Below are positions 30,954 through 38,209 of a DNA stretch of 47,210 nucleotides, piece by piece. Origin of the DNA: Candidatus Hydrothermales bacterium (GTDB lineage: Bacteria > Hydrothermota > Hydrothermia > Hydrothermales > JAJRUZ01); the NCBI GenBank assembly GCA_039630575.1, contig JBCNUW010000003.1, positions 97,185 to 144,394 on the forward strand. The letters run 5' to 3'. The number at the start of each line of letters is the position of its first letter. Positions within the stretch are counted from its first letter, which is position 1. The notes below the pieces were generated by a model. The model did no database searches and had not been told where the DNA came from. It was given only the letters and a program-made list of their open reading frames with translations. The position numbers and the translations under genes were made by a program.

Positions 30954-32666
30954 TTAAAATTTAAAGACCACTGAAACTCTCCAATTTGATAAATTTATTA
31001 AGTTTGAAAATCCCATTAAATCCATTGAAAAATTCTCACCAATTTTATAGGAGAGACCGTAATTAAAATCTACGCCTGAGGATTTACCTTTTGATAGATT
31101 TCTTAATCCTAAACTTCTCTGAACAGGTGTGACTGTTACTGTTTCGGTTCCATCACCCCTTGTTGTTTTTGTGACAATTGAACTTGAGAAAAGAGGGTTA
31201 GAGGTTCTCTCATCTTCAACAAATACAAAGTAAGGATTTGCCCCAATTCTAAAGAATAAGGATTTATTAAGTTTTAACTCACAAGCGACAGGAAGCTCTA
31301 TAGTTATACGAGAAAAAGATGATTCTAATTCGTCTATTCTAAAAAAGGTTGTAGTTGTGGTAAAATCATCGGGATCACTAGGTTGGTTATCACCGTCGTT
31401 AAAGTAATTTACTGTTTGAAAGTTTGAGTCTATTCTAAAGGTTGAATTTGAGAGATTATTAATGAAAAAAAAGCCTAAAGCAAAAAATATCTTTTTCTCA
31501 TTATCGATAAAACCTTTATACCTATATCCCAAAAATAAACCTTTAATTTTATTTTCATGCTCTATGTTTCCTTTTATCTCATCTAGATTCCTTGTTTCCC
31601 TTAAAGTTCCGGTTCCTATATCTTCTCTTAAATAATTATCTTCTATTCTATGAAAGGGGGATGTAGTTTTTGAAATACCTGAGCTTAGAAAGGTAAAGTA
31701 TAAATTGTCTTCTGAGTTAAATTTTTGATTTATTATCCTTCTTGTAAAGAGTCTTAAAAAGTAAGAACTACCACCCGCATTTATGTTTTGATATCTTGTG
31801 TAGTTTCTATCTTCTCTTGAAGTTGTTCCACCTGGATTATAGTCAATATAGGCTGTTGTGAAGATGTCTTCAGAAATTTTCAAGTTGTTTGTTCCATAAC
31901 CAGCTTGTATTCCTAAATCTGAATTTAAGATTAATTCTTTTAAGTAAATACTTCCACCAAAAATATTTTGTTGAATAGAGGTATCTGTAAAACCATTACC
32001 AATCCATTCCTCTTTTTCTAAAAGTATTGAATTAATTAGATCTCTTTCTTCTCTAAGATAGTTGAAGTTTCCATATCTATTAGAAATATGATGACCTGCT
32101 GGTTCATTTATAGAGCTTAATTTTAAATGGAAAAAGAAAAGTCCACCGATTATTTCACCAATTTCTCTTGAAACTCCAATAAAGAAAGGGTTTTCTTTAT
32201 TTTCTGTGTATGAATAAGATTTTGCTCTTTCAGTATGAAGTGAATCATAACTTCCGTTTCCGTCAGTATCATATTTTTCAGATAGAAATAGTTCTCCTTC
32301 TCCCCTTCCATTAATTAAGTTTGGCTGAGGCATTTTTAGGGCTCTATGAGCGTAAAGTAAAGATGTAGGTACCAAATTTCCTAAAGGTTTAAAAGTATTT
32401 TTAAAACCGAACATAAAGTAAGCACCAGGAATTCCAGAAAAGAGGAGATCATTATTTGTTGCAAAGTTAGAAAGACCAGAATACAAGATATTTTTTTCTA
32501 TTTCAAAATATCTACCTGGATCAAGAAGGAGGTCAAAATCATCTTCTATAAGTCCAACTGTTGAAAGATACCTAAAGGATCTAAACCTTTCACCTATAAA
32601 TGGTGGTATTACCTGGCATATAAGGCTAGTATATAAACATAGGAACACAAATTTTTTTATATCCAT
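30954..32666 (-). CDS. hypothetical outer-membrane beta-barrel protein
   Basis: Signal-like N-terminus, amphipathic strands, terminal VSVVFKF, Asp-rich loops DTDGNGSYD and NDGDNQPSDPDD. Confidence 0.65.
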   Translation of the reverse strand: MDIKKFVFLCLYTSLICQVIPPFIGERFRSFRYLSTVGLIEDDFDLLLDPGRYFEIEKNILYSGLSNFATNNDLLFSGIPGAYFMFGFKNTFKPLGNLVPTSLLYAHRALKMPQPNLINGRGEGELFLSEKYDTDGNGSYDSLHTERAKSYSYTENKENPFFIGVSREIGEIIGGLFFFHLKLSSINEPAGHHISNRYGNFNYLREERDLINSILLEKEEWIGNGFTDTSIQQNIFGGSIYLKELILNSDLGIQAGYGTNNLKISEDIFTTAYIDYNPGGTTSREDRNYTRYQNINAGGSSYFLRLFTRRIINQKFNSEDNLYFTFLSSGISKTTSPFHRIEDNYLREDIGTGTLRETRNLDEIKGNIEHENKIKGLFLGYRYKGFIDNEKKIFFALGFFFINNLSNSTFRIDSNFQTVNYFNDGDNQPSDPDDFTTTTTFFRIDELESSFSRITIELPVACELKLNKSLFFRIGANPYFVFVEDERTSNPLFSSSIVTKTTRGDGTETVTVTPVQRSLGLRNLSKGKSSGVDFNYGLSYKIGENFSMDLMGFSNLINLSNWRVSVVFKF

Positions 32667-32684
32667 TAGTTAAAAAAAATTAAA

Positions 32685-32695
32685 GGATTAGAACC
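32685..32695 (-). promoter_or_regulatory. free-standing tRNA T-arm-like motif, copy 4
   Basis: GAGG-TTCTAAT-CCTT abutting the cutA stop, 18 nt before ATG 32666, no SD. Confidence 0.7.
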
Positions 32696-33004
32696 TCATT
32701 TTAATGTCTCATCAATCCATTTTAAGTAATCTAAATTTCCTTTATCAATTTTTAGTGATATAATTTCTGGCACTTCATAGGGATGAATTTTTTTTATAAA
32801 GTCTTTAAGTCTATCAAATTCTTCTTCTTTTGTTTTTATTAAAAGCAGATATTCTTCCTCTTCTTCAATTTTCTCTTTCCATTTAAAGATGGAATCCACT
32901 TTTAAATAGTTAACACATGCAGCCAATTTATTCTCTATGATTTTTTTTGAAATTTCACAAGCTTTTTCTTTTCCAGGTGTAGTGCAGAGAACAAGTATAT
33001 ACAT
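32696..33004 (-). CDS. cutA: divalent-cation tolerance protein CutA
   Basis: KLAACVN, SIFKWK, E.LLLIKT, HPYEVPEII, YLKWI. Confidence 0.96.
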   Translation of the reverse strand: MYILVLCTTPGKEKACEISKKIIENKLAACVNYLKVDSIFKWKEKIEEEEEYLLLIKTKEEEFDRLKDFIKKIHPYEVPEIISLKIDKGNLDYLKWIDETLK

Positions 33005-33016
33005 CTAAATAAAAAG

Positions 33017-33089
33017 TGCACCGCCCGGGAGTTGAACCCGGAACCCTCGGATTAAGAATCCGATGCTCTGCCTGTTGAGCTAGCGGTGC
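33017..33089 (-). tRNA. tRNA-Lys(CTT), CCA not encoded
   Basis: GCACCGC/GCGGTGC+A; D arm GCTC/GAGC; TCGGA-TTCTTAA-TCCGA; CCGGG-TTCAACT-CCCGG. Confidence 0.96.
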
Positions 33090-33117
33090 TTTTAAAAATT
33101 TTAAACTATTTATCTAT

Positions 33118-33151
33118 AAAAAAACAAACCCCAGGGATACTATCCCTGGGG
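33118..33151 (-). terminator. intrinsic terminator
   Basis: Perfect inverted repeat CCCCAGGGATA-N-TATCCCTGGGG (33129-33151) followed on the minus strand by TTTGTTTTTTT. Confidence 0.85.
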
Positions 33152-33207
33152 CAGGAGGGGGTATGGGGTTCTCTTCTTTTCCTACGCTAAGCCTATTACA
33201 CGGGGTA
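33118..33207 (-). ncRNA. candidate ~90-nt small RNA with anti-SD tract
   Basis: GC-rich island between a promoter (33242-33214) and the terminator; contains CCCCAUACCCCCUCCU. Confidence 0.55.
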
Positions 33208-33213
33208 TATTAA

Positions 33214-33242
33214 AATATACAAAAAATATTAAAAAGTTTCAA
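33214..33242 (-). promoter_or_regulatory. sigma70 promoter upstream of the candidate sRNA
   Basis: TTGAAA (33242-33237), 17 nt, TATATT (33219-33214). Confidence 0.65.
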
Positions 33243-33251
33243 GATTTTATT

Positions 33252-33887
33252 TTATTTTTTCTTAAAAAATCCAAATAGACCTTTATCTTTTTTTTCTTCT
33301 TCCTTCTCTTTCTTTTCTGGTTCAGGTGTTTTTTCAATCTTTTCTATTTTTTTAATTCTTATTAATCCTAGACCTATTAAACCAAATAAAATTTTAGCTG
33401 TCTCAATTTCACCCATCCTTAAAATACTTGCAAGATCCTTTATGTTCCTTTTTCCGTCAATCTGAGATAATACTCTCCATTCATCTGCATTTAAATTTAT
33501 AACTTCAATGTCAGTGCTAGGGTTAGGTTCAAGTTCAAAAACTGTCTCTAATGAAGGTATTACTTTTTTTATTCTGTTCCATTCATCTATTTTTCTTGCA
33601 GCTTCCATTATCAACGTAGGGATGGGCATGTTTATTGTTTTTTTTGGTGCTACTTGTCCCACTTCAAATTTAAATTTTCCTTTATTCCATTCAAAAATTT
33701 TTGTTATTGCCAATTCATCATATTCACCTCCACACTCTGCGTGAATAACTTTTGAATTTTCTATATAAATTCTTGCTTTTTCACCAGAAGGATGTTCAAT
33801 AAAAAGTAAACCATCCTTTTTTCCCATTTGAATGATCTGCAAAATATCTGTAAGTTCAAAATCTTCAAGTGTTCCTTCAAGTGCCAT
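33252..33887 (-). CDS. DUF4388 (PatA-N-like) domain protein
   Basis: MALEGTLEDFELTDILQII..GKKDGLL, W.KGKFKF, LIMEAARKIDEW, EWRVLSQIDG. Confidence 0.85.
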   Translation of the reverse strand: MALEGTLEDFELTDILQIIQMGKKDGLLFIEHPSGEKARIYIENSKVIHAECGGEYDELAITKIFEWNKGKFKFEVGQVAPKKTINMPIPTLIMEAARKIDEWNRIKKVIPSLETVFELEPNPSTDIEVINLNADEWRVLSQIDGKRNIKDLASILRMGEIETAKILFGLIGLGLIRIKKIEKIEKTPEPEKKEKEEEKKDKGLFGFFKKK

Positions 33888-34833
33888 TTTCTCCCTCTCT
33901 TATAAATTTTATTTTTAGATACTTTTTTATTCTTCTTTCTTTAATTTCTGATATTGAATAATTTTTTAATTCTTCTAGATCATTTAAAATTATATCTTTT
34001 ACATTTTTATAGACAAAAAAGGGATCTCTATGAGCACCACCTAAAGGTTCTTCGATTATTCCATCAATAATTCCAAGTTCTATTAAGTCACTTGATGTGA
34101 GCTTCAAATACTTTGCTGCTTTCTCTGCCTTTGAGGAATCACGAAATAATATTGCTGCACAACCCTCAGGTGAAATAACTGAGTATATTGAATACTTAAG
34201 TGCATAAACTTTGTCTCCCACACCTATTGCAAGAGCTCCACCAGATCCACCTTCACCTATTATAAAAGTTAAAATTGGTACATTTAACTCTATCATTTTA
34301 TAAATGCTAAAGGAAATAGCCCAAGCTTGTCCTCTTTCCTCTGCTCCTATTCCAGGATAAGCTCCTGGTGTATCTACTAAAGTGATCACGGGAAAATTAA
34401 ATTTCTCGGCAAGACTAAAAGCTCTTATAGCTTTTCTATAACCCTCTGGATGGGGCATTCCAAAGTTTCTCTTTATTTTTTCTTTTGTATCTCTTCCTTT
34501 TTCTTCCCCAACTATAACGAGTCTGTGTTTCTCTAATTTTGCAAACCCGCTGACAATTGCATAATCATCTCCAAAATTTCTGTCACCATGAATTTCAAAG
34601 AAATCGTCAAATATGTTTTTAATAAAGTCTACTGAATGAGGTCTATCAGGATGTCGAGCTATCTGAGTTATATTCCATGGATTTAAATTTTTATATACAT
34701 TCTCTTTAACCTTTATAAGTTTTTTTTCAAGCCTCTCAATTTCTTCAAGAAATTCAGGTCTTGTTTTTGAAAGTTCTTTCAGCTCCTTTATTTTTGTCTC
34801 CAGTTCAATTACAGGTTTTTCAAAATCTAACAT
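33877..34833 (-). CDS. accA: acetyl-CoA carboxylase carboxyltransferase alpha
   Basis: LDFEKP, ARHPDRP, RNFGMPHPEGYRKA, DTPGAYPGIGAEERGQ, GEGGSGGAL. Confidence 0.98.
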   Translation of the reverse strand: MLDFEKPVIELETKIKELKELSKTRPEFLEEIERLEKKLIKVKENVYKNLNPWNITQIARHPDRPHSVDFIKNIFDDFFEIHGDRNFGDDYAIVSGFAKLEKHRLVIVGEEKGRDTKEKIKRNFGMPHPEGYRKAIRAFSLAEKFNFPVITLVDTPGAYPGIGAEERGQAWAISFSIYKMIELNVPILTFIIGEGGSGGALAIGVGDKVYALKYSIYSVISPEGCAAILFRDSSKAEKAAKYLKLTSSDLIELGIIDGIIEEPLGGAHRDPFFVYKNVKDIILNDLEELKNYSISEIKERRIKKYLKIKFIREGENGT

Positions 34834-34835
34834 TT

Positions 34836-35705
34836 TTAAAATTCTATTTTCAAAGAAAATGAATTTATATCTTCAAAGTTTCCAAAAGTTCTATATGAGT
34901 ACATAAATTTCAAAATTTCCTTTAATTTCACTTCAAATCCAGCTCCAATAATTCCATTTTCATCCTTTTTGCAAAGTGTTAAAAAAAATTTTAAAAAATT
35001 ATTAAATTCCTTTTCAATAGATAAAGAAAAACCGTTAAAATAGTCCTTTTTACCCCAAAATCCCCTCCTGTAAGTGAAATTAAACATCATTTCAAACTTC
35101 CTTGAATATGAATAAATTTTCAAATCAGAATATACAGGAATTCTTATATATTCTTCATCATAGAAGGGTTTTGTCCCTATATTCATTAGTGAAATTTCAA
35201 ACTTTGGGTTCCTTAAAATACTCACAAACAAGTTAAAATTTAATGTGAAATTTTTTGCTTTCTTTTCTAAAAACTTTTCTTCATTGTAAAATATTGACAA
35301 AAACAAAGGAAATTTATCGGAAATTGGTATATTTTTTGAAATTCCAAAGGAAAGTCCGAAAGGATTATATGTAATTAAGGGATTGACCACTGGAAAGCTA
35401 TATAATTCAAATTCTCCATAGTCAAAGAATTTAAATATTAAAAGTGTTTTAAAATCGTCAAAATAGATGCTTACTTTACTTAACTTTGAATTTGCAATCC
35501 ATCTTGTGAAACTGAAACTAATAAAAGACTTTTTTTTGAAAAAGTCATTTAATAATTTTTTTCTTTTATATTGAAAGAAGTCTCGTTCAAATAAAAATGA
35601 TATTTCGTCCTTTATTAAAATATCCTCATAGGGTGAATAGGGAACAAAAAGGTGTTGAAAACCAAAGGAAGATACATAGGAAATAAATAATAGTTTTAAA
35701 ATCAA
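34836..35705 (-). CDS. hypothetical outer-membrane beta-barrel (PorV/FadL-like appearance)
   Basis: FDYGEF, SLMNIG, GAGF, terminal FSLKIEF; AAGGAGG SD and TTG start; family is a tentative pattern match. Confidence 0.5.
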   Translation of the reverse strand: MILKLLFISYVSSFGFQHLFVPYSPYEDILIKDEISFLFERDFFQYKRKKLLNDFFKKKSFISFSFTRWIANSKLSKVSIYFDDFKTLLIFKFFDYGEFELYSFPVVNPLITYNPFGLSFGISKNIPISDKFPLFLSIFYNEEKFLEKKAKNFTLNFNLFVSILRNPKFEISLMNIGTKPFYDEEYIRIPVYSDLKIYSYSRKFEMMFNFTYRRGFWGKKDYFNGFSLSIEKEFNNFLKFFLTLCKKDENGIIGAGFEVKLKEILKFMYSYRTFGNFEDINSFSLKIEF

Positions 35706-36697
35706 TTTAGCTCCTCCTTTAGGTATGCTAAGATTAACTTTTTTGTTCTCAAAATATCTCTTATATCAATTACTTCATTTGGTGAGTGCATATACCTTAA
35801 TGGAATAGAAATTAAAGCAGAAGGAACTCCACCGTCTTTTACAAAAAATATATCAAGATCTGTTCCTGTATAACTTTCTAAGACCTCTATTTGATATGGT
35901 ATTTCTTCCCTTTTTGCGATTGCTATTAATTTTTCTGAAATCTTTCCCGTTATGAATGGACCTTTTGAAATGGCAGGTCCTTTGTTCAATTCAATCTCAG
36001 ATTCCTCATCCATTTTAGCCTTTGCAAGGGTTACATCGAAACATAAAACAATATCCGGACTCAACTTTTTTATCAAAAGAGATGCTCCAAGACCACTTAT
36101 CTCCTCCTGTATTGAAAAATAAAAAATAATTTCACCTTTAAAGGTAATATCTTTTAAATCTTTTGCAGTATAAAGCAAAAGAGCCACAGAAGCTCTGTTA
36201 TCAAAAGATCTACCAGCACAAACATATTCACTTAACTCTTTGAACTCGGAATGAAAGACAACAGGATCTCCAGATTTTACATCAATTTCCAAAGGATTTA
36301 TAAGTCCTAAATCTATGTAAATGTACCCATTTTTTTCTTTTTTCTTCAAATGGGGTGGTGTCATCCCTATAATTCCTTTATATTTACCCTTTTCGGTAAT
36401 CAAGATTACTTCTTTTCCCTTCAGTAAATTCTTATCAATCATTCTTGTATCTAAAATTATATAATTTTTATCTATATTTGTTACATAGAGAAGAATCTGA
36501 TCAATATGAGCGGTGAGAACGATTTTTTTCCCTTTTTCCTTTATTAGTTTTCCTGTTATGTTTCCAAAGTAATCTATTTCTGTTTCAAATCCCAATTCTT
36601 TTAGGGATTTTTCTATAAAGAGCGAAAGTTCATTTTCTCTTCCGCTTGGGGCATCGAAGCTTATAAGTTCTCTTAATAATTTTTTAACTTCATTCAT
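35702..36697 (-). CDS. M42 family aminopeptidase / endoglucanase-like
   Basis: APSGRE, AHIDQI, FDNRAS, QEEI, GTD, SIPLRYMHSPNE. Confidence 0.92.
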   Translation of the reverse strand: MNEVKKLLRELISFDAPSGRENELSLFIEKSLKELGFETEIDYFGNITGKLIKEKGKKIVLTAHIDQILLYVTNIDKNYIILDTRMIDKNLLKGKEVILITEKGKYKGIIGMTPPHLKKKEKNGYIYIDLGLINPLEIDVKSGDPVVFHSEFKELSEYVCAGRSFDNRASVALLLYTAKDLKDITFKGEIIFYFSIQEEISGLGASLLIKKLSPDIVLCFDVTLAKAKMDEESEIELNKGPAISKGPFITGKISEKLIAIAKREEIPYQIEVLESYTGTDLDIFFVKDGGVPSALISIPLRYMHSPNEVIDIRDILRTKKLILAYLKEELN

Positions 36698-37491
36698 TTT
36701 AACAGTTCCTCCAGAAGAAATTTAAATTCATCTTCATTTTTAAATATAAACTCTATTTTCCCAGTTTTTCCCTTTAAGTGGATTTTTACATCAACACCCC
36801 ATTTTTTCCTCAATATTTCTTCTTCTTTTTGGAATTCCCTTTTACTATCTTTTTTAAAGACTTTTTTTTCTATTTCTCTAACTGAAATTTTACTCTTAAC
36901 AATTTCTTCAGTTAGTCTAACCATCTCATTTTCGTCCCTTATACTTAAAAGAACTCTGGCATGTCCTTCAGAGATTTCTTTTTTTTCCAGTTTTTCTCTT
37001 ATCTTCTCAGGTAGTTTTAAAAGTCTTAAAAGGTTAGTTACGTATACTCTTGATTTTCCGATTTTTTTTGCTACCTCTTCATGAGTTAAATTGAATTCCT
37101 CTATGAGTTTTTTAATTGCAGTTGCTTCTTCAATTGGATTTAAATTTTCTCTTTGTATATTTTCTATTATTGAAATTTCAGCTGCTTCTTTTTCAGTTAA
37201 CTCTTTTACTATGCAAGGAATCATTTCTAATCCGGCTTCTATTGCTGCGAGAAATCTTCTATGACCAGCTACTATTTCGAATCCATCATCAACAGGTCTA
37301 ACAATTATTGGTTCAATTATTCCTTTTTCTTTGATAGAATCAATGAGTTCCTTCAGTGATTCAGGAGTTAATTTAATTCTTGGTTGGAATTTAGATTTTC
37401 TAATGGTGTTTACTGGAATACTTATTATCTCTTCTCTTTTTGATAGGAGATCATTCAGAGTACGTCCTAAGGGGTTCTTTTTTTCTTTCAA
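36694..37491 (-). CDS. parB: chromosome partitioning protein ParB/Spo0J
   Basis: FQPR, IVAGHRRFLAA, IENIQRENLNPIEEA, HTH; likely start TTG 37491 behind AAGGAGG ([12 protein letters not shown]). Confidence 0.96.
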   Translation of the reverse strand: MKEKKNPLGRTLNDLLSKREEIISIPVNTIRKSKFQPRIKLTPESLKELIDSIKEKGIIEPIIVRPVDDGFEIVAGHRRFLAAIEAGLEMIPCIVKELTEKEAAEISIIENIQRENLNPIEEATAIKKLIEEFNLTHEEVAKKIGKSRVYVTNLLRLLKLPEKIREKLEKKEISEGHARVLLSIRDENEMVRLTEEIVKSKISVREIEKKVFKKDSKREFQKEEEILRKKWGVDVKIHLKGKTGKIEFIFKNEDEFKFLLEELLK

Positions 37492-38209
37492 GTTGTAAAA
37501 CCTCCTTTGCAAGGTTAAAATAACTTTCAGCACCTGATGAATTTTTGTCGTATTCAAAAATTGTTTTACCAAAAGAGGGTGATTCAGCTAATCTTATGTT
37601 TCTTGGAATAACAGTTTTAAAAACTTTTTCACCAAAGGCACCTCTTAACTCTTTTTCTATATGCTTTGATAGTAAAAGCCTTGAGTCGTACATTGTGATG
37701 ATGAATCCCATTATTGAAATAATGGGGTTATAATGGGCCTTTATATACCTTACTGTTGAGAGTAGAGATACCAAACCCTCAAGGGCAAAATATTCACTTT
37801 GAACAGGAATTAAAACAAAGTTGCTTAAGGTTAGGGCAAATATTGAACTATCTCCAAGGGATGGTGGTGTATCTATGAGAATATAATCAAAATCAAGTTT
37901 TTTTAGTTTATCGGAGAAAATTTTTGCTTTTTCTTTTTCAAAGTGTATAGTTTTTTTTCCAGTTGATGGTATAATCCAGAAGCTATCTCTGACTAATATT
38001 GTTTCTTCAAGATCAATATCTCCAACTAAAATTTCAAAAATTCCCATTTTTAAATTTTTAAAACCTAGTCCACTTGTTAAGTTTGCTTGTACATCAAAAT
38101 CAATTAAGAGAACTTTTTTCTCAAGAAGACTTAATGCATGTCCTAAATTCATACATGTTGTTGTTTTTCCGACTCCGCCCTTTTGATTACAGATAGAAAT
38201 TACTTTCAA
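37451..38209 (-). CDS. parA: chromosome partitioning ATPase ParA/Soj
   Basis: [53 protein letters not shown]. Confidence 0.96.
   Translation of the reverse strand: MKVISICNQKGGVGKTTTCMNLGHALSLLEKKVLLIDFDVQANLTSGLGFKNLKMGIFEILVGDIDLEETILVRDSFWIIPSTGKKTIHFEKEKAKIFSDKLKKLDFDYILIDTPPSLGDSSIFALTLSNFVLIPVQSEYFALEGLVSLLSTVRYIKAHYNPIISIMGFIITMYDSRLLLSKHIEKELRGAFGEKVFKTVIPRNIRLAESPSFGKTIFEYDKNSSGAESYFNLAKEVLQLERKKEPLRTYSE

Noticed and set aside
23595..32695. T-arm motifs as prophage or island att scars, or tRNA pseudogenes
   Set aside because: No acceptor-stem strand or other tRNA parts flank them, no integrase is present, copies differ at the N positions, and they lie among core genes at similar spacing from starts.
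33153..33213. 16-codon + strand ORF MGFSSFPTLSLLHGVY behind AGGAGG (possible type I toxin antisense to the sRNA)
   Set aside because: No convincing + strand promoter or terminator, short SD spacing, and the peptide lacks a TM-length hydrophobic helix; simply the complement of the anti-SD tract. Not fully excluded.
37492..37572. Longer ParB start
   Set aside because: Deep overlap with parA; a TTG with strong SD at 37491 fits the usual ParB N-terminus.
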